NCBI GenBank assembly: GCA_965220965.1
Contig: OZ244852.1
Span: 1,408,001-1,472,000 of the forward strand
DNA: 64,000 nt
Reading direction: 5' to 3'
DNA from: Candidatus Marinacidobacterium sp.
Lineage (GTDB): Bacteria > Acidobacteriota > Vicinamibacteria > Marinacidobacterales > Marinacidobacteraceae
The position numbers and the translations under genes are program-made. The notes under the pieces were generated by a model that saw only the letters and a program-made list of their open reading frames with translations, made no database searches and had not been told where the DNA came from. Position 1 is the stretch's first letter, and every line of letters starts with the position of its first letter. Below are positions 22,625 through 32,076 of the stretch, piece after piece.

Positions 22625-24415
22625 ATGCGCCGGCCCGGCTCGTACTGCCCTCTCCCGCAGATCGGATCGTCCGGGATCCTGATCGCCGCAGCGGCGCTTT
22701 CCCTGTCTTGTGGAGAAGGGGGTTCTCCCACTGCTACGCCCACGTCGCCCGCCGCGCCGGCGACCCCGCCGGTCCTGACGCTCGAGATCCCGCCTCTCGA
22801 GCGGACGGAGTACCTCGTCGGCATGGTGGACCGGTTGCCGGACGCGGGAGCCGTGACCTGGACCTCCTCGAACGCGGATGTGCTCGAAGTTCTGCCAAAC
22901 GGCCGCTTCCTGGCGCGGGGCCCGGGCGAGGCGGAGCTGATCGCCTCCCGGGAGGGGCAGGAGGCGCGCGTCACGCTCTCCGTCACGTCGCCCTACGAGC
23001 GGACCGGAGCACCACGGTTGACCGGCCTGGACATCCTTGGCATTCCCTTCGTCCACGACGGGATCGACACCTTCGAGGGCGTCCTGATCCCCTACGGGAT
23101 GTACGACTACGAGTCCTTCCGGGAGGTTCCTGCTTCCCTGTCATCTGCCGATCCCGACGTCCTGACGGTGGATGACGACGGCGTGATTCGCGTGACCGGC
23201 GTCGGAGAGACCACGATCACAGCGACTTACCAGGGGCACTCGGCGACAACGCCGGTAGCGGTATTGCCGTGGGACGTCATCCGGGATGCGATCAGTCCCG
23301 GGCCAGGGCAGGACGGGTGCGACACGATTTGGGTCACGCCGGGAGTCGCCTTCCCTCCATATCTGGTGGAAGGCACGACGGTCCCCGCGCCGACGTTTGA
23401 GACGTGTTCGGACGGCGCGATCCGAAGAGTTCACGGCGTCCAGCTCGCCTCGTCGGATCCGGCCGTCATCCAGGTCGAACCTGACGGCTTCCTGACGGCA
23501 AGGAGTCCTGGCCGCGCCCGCATCCTCATGTCTTCGGAGCAGGGCCAGGAACAGGGGGGAGAGGCCGAGACGCCACCGATCACCGTTCTTCCCGCCTACG
23601 ACATCACAACACAGGCGCTGACCGAGCGGGCGCACCAGGATCGGCCGGACGACTTCGAGGGGCCCCAGATCCACGTTGTCTACGCGGTCCCCGAAGATGC
23701 GCCGGACCGGGGGCTCGACCTCTCGGGCGCGCTCGAGGAGTCGGTCGCGGCGATCCAGGACTGGATCCGTCAGGACATCGGTTACGAGCTGAACCTGGAC
23801 ACCCACGGCGGACGGCCGGACGTCACGTTCGTGCGACTTCTGACGCCCTACAGCGATTCCTTCTTCGACATCGCTGAAGGCCTGGATCTCGCTCTGGACC
23901 TCCAGCCAGACAAGAAGTACCTCGTGTTTGTCGCCGCGTGGGGAGCTGCGGGCATAGCGGACGACTCGGTCGCCGCCGTTTACCTGGACCGGTACAGCGG
24001 CCTAGGCCTTGTGGAGACCTTTCCGATCGAGTCGGTGTTCAGGATCACGCACCGGGAAACTGTGGCGCTCCATGAAATCCTGCACACCTTCGGAGCGGTG
24101 GCGGAGTGCGCGCCCCACGCGGACGCCAGCTTCCACGTGAACGACACGCCGGCTGACCTCATGTGGCCTTACCTCTCCGAGGATGGGTTTCGTATCGATG
24201 TTGGCCGGGACGACTACTTCGACCACCACGGGGACGACTGCCTCGACACGGCCGACAGCCCCTACTGGCGTCAGGTCACCACCGTGACAACGGACAGTTC
24301 GGCCACCCCCCGCTCTGAAGGGCCTCCAACCCGGACGGCCGCGGTCACGATGGAGGAGCGGATCCGCTCCGTGCTTCACCCCGACCCCACTTTGCGCTGC
24401 GGCCTCCCCCACTGA
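22625..24415 (+). CDS. Ig-like (Big_2) repeat lipoprotein with C-terminal zinc-metalloprotease domain, paralog 1
   Basis: Lipobox LSLSC; WTSSN..V/SSDP Big_2 motifs; HEILH-x16-H, DLM; ends LRCGLPH. Confidence 0.75.
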   Translation: MRRPGSYCPLPQIGSSGILIAAAALSLSCGEGGSPTATPTSPAAPATPPVLTLEIPPLERTEYLVGMVDRLPDAGAVTWTSSNADVLEVLPNGRFLARGPGEAELIASREGQEARVTLSVTSPYERTGAPRLTGLDILGIPFVHDGIDTFEGVLIPYGMYDYESFREVPASLSSADPDVLTVDDDGVIRVTGVGETTITATYQGHSATTPVAVLPWDVIRDAISPGPGQDGCDTIWVTPGVAFPPYLVEGTTVPAPTFETCSDGAIRRVHGVQLASSDPAVIQVEPDGFLTARSPGRARILMSSEQGQEQGGEAETPPITVLPAYDITTQALTERAHQDRPDDFEGPQIHVVYAVPEDAPDRGLDLSGALEESVAAIQDWIRQDIGYELNLDTHGGRPDVTFVRLLTPYSDSFFDIAEGLDLALDLQPDKKYLVFVAAWGAAGIADDSVAAVYLDRYSGLGLVETFPIESVFRITHRETVALHEILHTFGAVAECAPHADASFHVNDTPADLMWPYLSEDGFRIDVGRDDYFDHHGDDCLDTADSPYWRQVTTVTTDSSATPRSEGPPTRTAAVTMEERIRSVLHPDPTLRCGLPH

Positions 24416-24476
24416 GACCGGCGGACGAACGCAAGGCAACAGGGCCAGACCCCGCCGCCAACTCGCCGAGGCGGGT

Positions 24477-24650
24477 GCGGCGGCTCACGGTTTGCTTGCA
24501 CCGAGGCGCGGTCTCGAGAGTGGACGGCGCGCTCCGCGCGCGCTTCGAAGGAGCTCACCGGATGTCCCAACCAGGCTCTCCCAGTCCCCTCGCTCGACGC
24601 GCTTCCCGGCTCGGGGCGCTGGCCGTCACGGCGATCCTCTCCCTGTCCTG
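24477..24650 (+). repeat. Direct repeat copy 1 of the upstream region plus signal peptide (copy 2 at about 26486-26660)
   Basis: Near-identical GCGGCGGCTCACGGTTTGCTTGCACCGAGGCGCGGTCTCGAGAG...GAAGGAGCTCACCGGATGTCCCAACCAGG; boundaries approximate. Confidence 0.85.
24481..24496 (+). promoter_or_regulatory. Possible sigma54 (-24/-12) promoter; second copy at 26490-26505
   Basis: CGGCTCACGGTTTGCT has the exact GG-N10-GC spacing of TGGCACG-N4-TTGCW and lies about 65 nt upstream of the ATG in both copies. Confidence 0.4.
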
Positions 24651-26421
24651 CGGGGATGGCGGCGGTCCGGCGCCGACCCCCGCCGCGCCGGCGACCCCGC
24701 CGGTCCTGGGCCTCGAAATCCCGCGTCCCGAGCGCACCGGGTATGTGGTCGGCATGGTGGACCGGTTGCCGGACGCGCTGGCTCGTTCGGGTGAATCGCT
24801 CCTCGGAACTCCCGGGAATGTGACCTGGACCTCCTCGAACCCGGACATCCTGGAGGTCCTGCCGAACGGCCGCTTCCTCGCGAGAGGCGCAGGCGAAGCG
24901 GAGCTGATCGCCTCCCGGGAAGGGCAGGAGGCGCGCGTCACGCTCTCCGTCACGTCGCCCTACGAGCGGACCGGGGAACCGAAGCTGAACGGCCTGGAGG
25001 TCGCGGGGTACTTCGCGCTGCATGAAGGGATCGGCGTCGTCGAGGAGGCGATCGTCGCCTACGGCGTCTACGACCATGACGTCTTTCGCGAGGTGGCGGC
25101 TTCCTTCTCCTCCCAGGATCCCGACATCGTGACCGTGGACGACAACGGCTCGATCCGCGTCAACGGCCCGGGACGGACCACCCTGACCGCGTCGTACGAG
25201 GGGTTTTCTGCGACAACTCCGGTCCGCGTTCTGACGCGGGAGGAGTTCAGGGACGGCTTTCGTTTCCCGCCCGGGGAGGAAACCCTCTGCGGCCTGTATC
25301 GGACCACTCCGACGGCCTACTTCACGACCTTCCTGGTCGAGGGCATGTCCACGCCGCTGCTCACGTACGAGCTGTGCTCGGACGGCGGCATCCGGAGGGT
25401 CCACGATGTCCGCTGGGACTCGACGGATCGGGAGGTCATCAGGGCGGAGCCCAACGGGTTCCTCACCGGCGTGAGCGCCGGCGAGGCCCACATCGCGCCG
25501 AGGCCGGCCACCTCGCCACCGCCGACTTCCGCCCCGGTCGCGGATGACACCGGCCGTCCACCGATGAGGGTCTATCCCGCCCCCGAACTCACGCCGCAGG
25601 CGCTGACCCGCCGGTCCTACCAGGATCGTCCCGACGACCTCGAGGGGCCTCAGATCCATGTGGTCTACGCCGTCCCGGAAGACGCGCCCGACCGGGCGCT
25701 CGATCTGTCGGGCGCGCTCGAAGACTCGGTCGCCGCCATTCAGGACTGGATCCGGCAGGCCATCGGCTACGAGCTGAACCTGGACACTCACGGCGGACGC
25801 CTCGATGTCACATTCGTGCGCCTGCTCACGGGATACGGCGGGGCCGACGCCTCGTGGCCCGATCTGCTCGACGGGCTGGAGCGGGCGCTTGAACTCCAGG
25901 ACGACAAGACCTACCTGGTGTTCGCGCCCGCTGGCAATGACCTCGCCGGCAAGGCGCAGGGTCCAGTGGGCGCGGTCTTTCTGGAGAGGTACTCCAGCCA
26001 GGGCTGGGGAGCCTTTCTGGACGAACTCCTCCCGCTCGAGACGCCCTTCGGGCTCGCGCGCACCGAGATCACCACCCTCCATGAAATCCTCCACACGTTC
26101 GGGGCCGTTCCGGACTGCGGTGCGAACTGGATGGACGGCAACCACGTAAGCGACTCCTCGACCGACGTGATGTGGGCCGCCGGAACGAGGGCGGGCCGCG
26201 TCCACATCGATGTCGACCGGGACGACTACTTCGGCCACGGCCGGGACGACTGCCTCGACACGGCGGACAGCCCCTACTGGCGTCAGGTCGCCACCGTGAC
26301 GACCGACGCAACGAACGTCTCCCGCACACAGGGTCCGAAACCACCCCCGGTCACGATGGAGGAGCGGATCCGGTCCCTGCTGCACCCCGACCCCACCCTC
26401 CGCTGCGGCCTCCCCCACTGA
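24562..26421 (+). CDS. Ig-like repeat/zinc-metalloprotease lipoprotein, paralog 2
   Basis: AAGGAG SD, ATG 24562, lipobox LSLSC, HEILH-x16-H, DVM; ends LRCGLPH. Confidence 0.75.
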   Translation: MSQPGSPSPLARRASRLGALAVTAILSLSCGDGGGPAPTPAAPATPPVLGLEIPRPERTGYVVGMVDRLPDALARSGESLLGTPGNVTWTSSNPDILEVLPNGRFLARGAGEAELIASREGQEARVTLSVTSPYERTGEPKLNGLEVAGYFALHEGIGVVEEAIVAYGVYDHDVFREVAASFSSQDPDIVTVDDNGSIRVNGPGRTTLTASYEGFSATTPVRVLTREEFRDGFRFPPGEETLCGLYRTTPTAYFTTFLVEGMSTPLLTYELCSDGGIRRVHDVRWDSTDREVIRAEPNGFLTGVSAGEAHIAPRPATSPPPTSAPVADDTGRPPMRVYPAPELTPQALTRRSYQDRPDDLEGPQIHVVYAVPEDAPDRALDLSGALEDSVAAIQDWIRQAIGYELNLDTHGGRLDVTFVRLLTGYGGADASWPDLLDGLERALELQDDKTYLVFAPAGNDLAGKAQGPVGAVFLERYSSQGWGAFLDELLPLETPFGLARTEITTLHEILHTFGAVPDCGANWMDGNHVSDSSTDVMWAAGTRAGRVHIDVDRDDYFGHGRDDCLDTADSPYWRQVATVTTDATNVSRTQGPKPPPVTMEERIRSLLHPDPTLRCGLPH

Positions 26422-26571
26422 AGCCGGCGCGCGATTTGGCCGTTCCGGAGCCAGGACCCCCGCCAGGGGCGCGCCCGCCAGCGCCGCGGCGGCTCACGGT
26501 TTGCTTGCACCGAGGCGCGGTCTCGAGAGCGGACGGCGCGCTCCGCGCGCGCTGTCGAAGGAGCTCACCGG

Positions 26572-28377
26572 ATGTCCCAACCAGGCTCTCCCAGTCCCCT
26601 CGCTCGACGCGCTTCCTGGCTCGGAGCGCTGGCCGTCACCGCGATCCTCACCCTTGCGTGCGAGGACTCGGCGGGACCGCTGCCGACCCCCGCTGCGCCG
26701 ACGTCCCCACCGGCCTCCAGCTTCTACAACCCGCGCCCCGAACGAACCGACTACGTGGTCGGCATGGTCGACCGCCTGCCTGACGCCGGAGGCGTGACAT
26801 GGACCTCTTCCAACCCGGATGTCCTGGCGGTCCTGCCGGGCGGCCGCTTTCTCGCGAGAGGCGCCGGCCAGGCGGATCTGATCGGTTCCGGGGCGAGTCA
26901 GGAGACGCGCGTCACTCTGAGCGTCACCTCACCCTACGACCGGACCGGCGAGCCCCGGCTGACCGGCCTGGAGATCGCGGGCCTTGTCGACTTCCTCCTC
27001 CTGCACGAGCGAGTCGGCGTCGTCGAGGGAGCGGTGGTCGCCTACGGCGTTTACGACCAGGAGGTCTTCCGGGAAGTCGCCGCCACCCTCGAGTCACTGG
27101 ATCCGGATGTCCTGACGGTCGAAAAGGACGGAACGATCCGCGTCAATGCCGCCGGGGAGGTGACGATCACCGCGTCCTTCGGGGAGCTCCTGGTGGCCCA
27201 ACAGATCCGCGTGCAGACCTGGGAAGAGTTAAGCGCGAGCTTCTCGGGAGGCGGGGATGAAGTGGGCGCTCCCGAATGCGGCCTCCTCGCGTTCACTCCG
27301 CTGGGGTCCTCTCCAGCTCTGCTGGTCGAGGGCATGACCGCTCCGCTGCTCGCGTACGAGCTGTGTCGGACGAACGGGGCGATGCGACGGGTCCACCACT
27401 CCGACTTCGTCTCCAGCGATCCCGAGGTCGTCAGGTTCGAACCCGAGGGCCTCGTAGTCGCCGGGCGCCCCGGCGTCGCCTCCTACAGGTCCCATACCTG
27501 GGGCCCGGACGGTCCGGGATTCCCCCTCAAGGTTCTCCCCGCTTTCGAATTCACGGCGGAAGCGCTGAGCCTCCGGTCCTACCAGGACCGTCCGGACGAT
27601 TACGAAGGTCCCCAGATCCATGTCGTCTACGCCGTCCCGGAGAATGTGGCGGACCGGGGGCTGGACCTGTCCGGCAAGCTCGAAAACTCGGTCGCCGCGC
27701 TCCAGGACTGGATCCGGCAAGCCATCGGTTACGAGCTGAACCTGGACACCCACGGCGGACGCCTCGACATCACGTTCGTGCGCCTGCTGACCCCCCTGGG
27801 CGGAGAGGCGACCACCGTGTCCGGCCTGCGCGACGGGCTCGAACGGGCCCTGGGAATCCAGGAAGACAAGAAATACCTGGTGTTCGCGCCAACGCGCCTG
27901 GGCTGGCCCGGCGCGGCGCGGGACCCGATGGGCGCGGTCTTTCTCGACCCGTACCTCGGCGCTTCCCGTGGAGAGATCTTCGATCAGTTCGCTCCGCTCG
28001 AGTCGGAGTTCGGGATCACCCGAACCGAAACATCAGCGCTCCGCCAACTCCTCCACACCTTCGGGGCCGTCCCGGAATGCGCTCCGAACCGGGGGAGAGG
28101 CAACTCTGTGAACGACTCGGCCGACGATCTGATGGCGTCAGGCTCCGGGTCTCGCATCGATGTCGGCCGGGACGACTACTTCGGCCACGGCCGGGAGGAC
28201 TGCCTCGACACCGCGAACAGCCCCTACTGGCGCCAGGTCGCCAACGTCACGACGGACAGCTCGGCCGCTTCACGCGCTGAAGAAGGCCACGGCGGGACGG
28301 TCCCGATCACGTTGGAGCAGCAGATCCGCTCCCTGATGGCCAGTGACCGTTACCTACGCCACGCCCTCACTCGCTGA
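26572..28377 (+). CDS. Ig-like repeat/metalloprotease lipoprotein, paralog 3 (predicted catalytically dead)
   Basis: Lipobox LTLAC; HExxH changed to RQLLH, third His changed to Ser; ends LRHALTR. Confidence 0.75.
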   Translation: MSQPGSPSPLARRASWLGALAVTAILTLACEDSAGPLPTPAAPTSPPASSFYNPRPERTDYVVGMVDRLPDAGGVTWTSSNPDVLAVLPGGRFLARGAGQADLIGSGASQETRVTLSVTSPYDRTGEPRLTGLEIAGLVDFLLLHERVGVVEGAVVAYGVYDQEVFREVAATLESLDPDVLTVEKDGTIRVNAAGEVTITASFGELLVAQQIRVQTWEELSASFSGGGDEVGAPECGLLAFTPLGSSPALLVEGMTAPLLAYELCRTNGAMRRVHHSDFVSSDPEVVRFEPEGLVVAGRPGVASYRSHTWGPDGPGFPLKVLPAFEFTAEALSLRSYQDRPDDYEGPQIHVVYAVPENVADRGLDLSGKLENSVAALQDWIRQAIGYELNLDTHGGRLDITFVRLLTPLGGEATTVSGLRDGLERALGIQEDKKYLVFAPTRLGWPGAARDPMGAVFLDPYLGASRGEIFDQFAPLESEFGITRTETSALRQLLHTFGAVPECAPNRGRGNSVNDSADDLMASGSGSRIDVGRDDYFGHGREDCLDTANSPYWRQVANVTTDSSAASRAEEGHGGTVPITLEQQIRSLMASDRYLRHALTR

Positions 28378-28383
28378 GCCGCC

Positions 28384-30204
28384 GTGAACCTCCACAGCAC
28401 AGGATCCGCGACGCTCTGCCGGATCCGGCTCGCCTCCTCATTCGGCGTCCTGATGGCGGCCGCCCTCTCCCTCTCCTGCGAAGGCTCGGGGGGGACGGGC
28501 CAGCTCGTCGCCACGCCGACCTCTCCGGCGCCATCCACCCTCGAGATCGTGGCCGAGCGCACGGAGTACCTCGTCGGGATGGTGGACCGGCTGCCCGACG
28601 CGGAAGGCGCTACATGGACCTCTTCGAACCCGGACATCGTGGAAGTCCTGCCGGGCGAGCGCTTCCTCGCGAGAGGCGCGGGCGCGGCGGATCTGATCGC
28701 CTCCCGGGAAGGTCAGGAAGCGCGCGTCACGCTCTCGGTCACGTCGCCCTATGACCGAACCGGCGAACCGAGGTTGACCGGCCTGGAAGTCCTGGGCCTG
28801 CCCGTCCTCCACGACGAAATCGTCGCCTTGGAGGACGCCGTGAAGGTCTACGGCATCTACAACCATCAGACCCTTCAGGAGGTCCCCGCCGCACTGTCGT
28901 CCGCGGATCCGGATGTCCTGACGGTGGACGACGATGGAACGATCCACGTCATGGGGGTTGGCGCAACCACGGTCACGGCGTCGTACGAAGGACACGCGAC
29001 CTCAAGACGGTTCGGCGTCACAACCCGGGAGAAGTCGCGGGCGGCGCTTGTCGACAATCTCGGGGAGGGCTTCGACTGCGGCTTGGTTGCACACTTGGCT
29101 CCGTCATGGGCGGCTCGCCACATGATGCAGGGAATGACCGTGCCCTTTGTCCTTACGGAAATGTGCGTGGACGGGACGATCCGGAGGACTCGCGACGTCC
29201 GCCTTGCGTCCACGAATCCCGAGGTCATCGAAGTCGGTCCGGGCGGCTTCCTCACCGCCAAACACCCCGGCCAGGCCACCGTTGAACCACTCCAGGCGGG
29301 CATCGGGATCCTCGACCAACCGACCGGCCAGTCCGGCTTCGGAGTCTTCACGGTCCTCCCCGAGTTCGAGTTCACGCCCGAGGCGCTCAGCCAGCGGTCC
29401 TACCAGGACCGCCCCGACGACTACGAGGGTCCGCAGATCCATGTCGTCTATGCCGTGCCCGAAGACGTGGCGGACCGCGGGCTGGATCTCTCCGGCCAAC
29501 TCGAGGCCTCGTTCGCGTCGGTCCAGAACTGGATCTGGCAGGCGATCGGCTACCAGCTCAACCTGGACACCTACGGCGGGCGGCCGGACATCACCTTCGT
29601 CCGCATGCTGACTCCCCATGGAAGTGTTGAGGATTCCTTCCAGGACCTGCTCGACGGGCTGGACCGGGCGATGGGGCTCCAGAGGGACAAGAAGTACCTC
29701 GTCTTTGCTCCCGTGTGGTCCTATCTTCTCGGCAAGGCGAGCGTGCAGGAAGGCGTGGGCGCGGTCTATCTGGACAGACACATGAGTATGGCCTGGGGCG
29801 CCCACCTGGACAATTTCTTCCCAGTCGAATCGGAGTTCGACATCACTGGCGGTGAAAGGACGGCGCTCCACGAACTCCTCCACACGTTCGGCGCCGTCGC
29901 CGGGTGCGCACCCAACTTCGACGGCTCCTCCCACGTAGACGACGCGCCGGACGACGTGATGTGGGCAGGTTCGGGTTTCCGCATCGACGTCGGTCGGGAT
30001 GACTACTTCGGCCATGGGCGGGACGACTGCCTCGACACCGCCGACAGCCCTTTCTGGCGTCAGGTCGCCACCCTCACGACCCACGCCTCGGCCACACGTC
30101 GCATCAACAGCCCGGAAGACAAAAGGGCCATAGCCAATATGGAGGCGCAAATCCTCTCCCTGTTCGGGCCCGACCCTTATCTGCGCTGCGCTCTCCCCCA
30201 CTGA
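28384..30204 (+). CDS. Ig-like repeat/zinc-metalloprotease lipoprotein, paralog 4
   Basis: Lipobox LSLSC; HELLH-x16-H, DVM; ends LRCALPH. Confidence 0.75.
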   Translation: MNLHSTGSATLCRIRLASSFGVLMAAALSLSCEGSGGTGQLVATPTSPAPSTLEIVAERTEYLVGMVDRLPDAEGATWTSSNPDIVEVLPGERFLARGAGAADLIASREGQEARVTLSVTSPYDRTGEPRLTGLEVLGLPVLHDEIVALEDAVKVYGIYNHQTLQEVPAALSSADPDVLTVDDDGTIHVMGVGATTVTASYEGHATSRRFGVTTREKSRAALVDNLGEGFDCGLVAHLAPSWAARHMMQGMTVPFVLTEMCVDGTIRRTRDVRLASTNPEVIEVGPGGFLTAKHPGQATVEPLQAGIGILDQPTGQSGFGVFTVLPEFEFTPEALSQRSYQDRPDDYEGPQIHVVYAVPEDVADRGLDLSGQLEASFASVQNWIWQAIGYQLNLDTYGGRPDITFVRMLTPHGSVEDSFQDLLDGLDRAMGLQRDKKYLVFAPVWSYLLGKASVQEGVGAVYLDRHMSMAWGAHLDNFFPVESEFDITGGERTALHELLHTFGAVAGCAPNFDGSSHVDDAPDDVMWAGSGFRIDVGRDDYFGHGRDDCLDTADSPFWRQVATLTTHASATRRINSPEDKRAIANMEAQILSLFGPDPYLRCALPH

Positions 30205-30210
30205 GCCGCC

Positions 30211-32034
30211 GTGAACCCCCAGAGCTCAGGGTCTGTGATGCTCCGCCGGACCCGGCTGGCCTCCTCACTCGGCGTCCTGATGGCGGCCGCCCTCTCCCTC
30301 TCCTGCGAAGGCTCGGGGGGAACGGGCCAGCTCGTCGCCACCCCGACATCTCCGGCGCCATCCACCCTCGAGATCGTGGCCGAGCGCACGGAGTACCTCG
30401 TCGGGATGGTCGACCGCCTGCCCCAGGTCATCGACCGATCCTCGGAGTACCCGACCAATACGTGGCCGGAGTGGGGATCGATGAACCCCGACATCGTGGA
30501 GATCCTGCCGAACGGCCGGTTCCTGGCGAGGGGTCCCGGCTCGGTGGACTTGATCGCCACCTCCCCTTACCCAGACCAGCAGGCCCGCATCACGCTGGAG
30601 GTCACGTCACCCTACGAACGAACCGGGGAACCAAGGCTGACCGCCGTGGAAATCCTGGGCCCACCCGTCATTCACGACAGGCTCGGCGCCTTCGAGGACG
30701 CCGTGGTCGCCTACGGCATTCGCCACGATCAGACGCTCCGGGAGGTCGCCGCCACGCTCTCGTCGGCGGATCCCGACATCCTGACGGTGGACAACGATGG
30801 AACGATCCACGTCACCGGCGCCGGCGAGACCACTATCAGCGCGTCCTACGAAGGCCACTCGATGACAACGCCGATCGTGGTGTTGACCTGGGAGCAATTC
30901 AACGAACCCTTCCCGCGCATCTACGGGGAACGACAGGACATCGCCTGCAGCCCGGTCCTCTGGACGCCGAATGGATCGACTCCAACTCTTCTGCTCGAAG
31001 GCGTGACCGTCCCGTTGCTCGTGTTCGAGGTATGCCCGGACGGCGCGATGCGCCGGATCCACGATGCCCGTCTCGTCTCCTCGGACCCGGAGATCGTCGA
31101 GGTCGGGCCGGGCGGACTCGTCACCGCCAGGAGGTCAGGACGCGCCGCGCTCAGATACGAGCCGCCCGCGGCGTCGGCCCCGGGCGGCGCCGCAGCGATC
31201 ACGGTCCTTCCCGCGTTCAACGTGACGGCCGAGACGCTCGGTCGCCGGTCGTACCAGGATCGTCCCGACGACTACGAGGGACCCCAGATTCATCTGGTCT
31301 ACGCGGTCCCCGAGGACGTACCGGACCGGGGCCTGGATCTTTCCGGAGAGATCGAGGACTCGGTCGCGGTCGTGCAGCACTGGATCCGGCAGGCCATCGG
31401 CTACCAGCTCAACCTGGACACCTACGGCGGACGGCCGGATGTCAGCTTCGTCCGCCTTCTGACTCCCCTCTCCGGAACTCAGGATTCGTTTGCCGACCTG
31501 CTGGATGGGCTGGACCTGGCTCTGGACCTCCAGCAGAACAAGAAATACCTCGTGTTCACACCGGGGCTGAACTACGCCGGCCGGGCCTCGCGGCTGGTGA
31601 GCGCGGTTTTCCTCGACCGGTACGTGGGCGCCACCTGGGGGGACTTCGTGGACCATCGCCTCCCACGCGACCTGAAGTTCGGCGTCACCAGCACCGAGAT
31701 CGTGGCGCTCCATGAGCTTTTTCACACGTTCGGCGCCGCCGCCGAGTGCGCCCCCAACTTCGAGGCCTATCACGTCAACGACACCCTCGACGATGTGATG
31801 ACGCGGGGACAACAGATCGATTTTGGGAGGGACGACTACTTCGGCCACGGGCGAGCTGACTGCACGGACACCGCGAACAGCCCCTACTGGCGGCGCGTCA
31901 CCAGCGTCGCGACAGACGCCGCGGCAACCCCCCGCTCCGAACGCCCCGACCAGACGGCCCCGGTCACGATGGAGGAGCAGCTCCGCTCCCTGTTTGTCCC
32001 GGACCCCACCCTGCGCTGCGGCGTCCCCCACTGA
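30211..32034 (+). CDS. Ig-like repeat/zinc-metalloprotease lipoprotein, paralog 5
   Basis: N-terminus nearly identical to paralog 4; HELFH-x15-H, DVM; ends LRCGVPH. Confidence 0.75.
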   Translation: MNPQSSGSVMLRRTRLASSLGVLMAAALSLSCEGSGGTGQLVATPTSPAPSTLEIVAERTEYLVGMVDRLPQVIDRSSEYPTNTWPEWGSMNPDIVEILPNGRFLARGPGSVDLIATSPYPDQQARITLEVTSPYERTGEPRLTAVEILGPPVIHDRLGAFEDAVVAYGIRHDQTLREVAATLSSADPDILTVDNDGTIHVTGAGETTISASYEGHSMTTPIVVLTWEQFNEPFPRIYGERQDIACSPVLWTPNGSTPTLLLEGVTVPLLVFEVCPDGAMRRIHDARLVSSDPEIVEVGPGGLVTARRSGRAALRYEPPAASAPGGAAAITVLPAFNVTAETLGRRSYQDRPDDYEGPQIHLVYAVPEDVPDRGLDLSGEIEDSVAVVQHWIRQAIGYQLNLDTYGGRPDVSFVRLLTPLSGTQDSFADLLDGLDLALDLQQNKKYLVFTPGLNYAGRASRLVSAVFLDRYVGATWGDFVDHRLPRDLKFGVTSTEIVALHELFHTFGAAAECAPNFEAYHVNDTLDDVMTRGQQIDFGRDDYFGHGRADCTDTANSPYWRRVTSVATDAAATPRSERPDQTAPVTMEEQLRSLFVPDPTLRCGVPH

Positions 32035-32047
32035 CCCCGGCGGACGA

Positions 32048-32070
32048 GGGCGCCCCGACCCGGGGCGCCC
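32048..32070. terminator. Hairpin ending the paralog array, between convergent genes
   Basis: 10-bp stem GGGCGCCCCG/CGGGGCGCCC. Confidence 0.45.
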
Positions 32071-32076
32071 GCGCCG

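Noticed and set aside
22625-32034. Diversity-generating retroelement or shufflon behind the paralog variation
   Set aside because: No reverse transcriptase, recombinase or template repeat nearby, and the differences are not adenine-specific.
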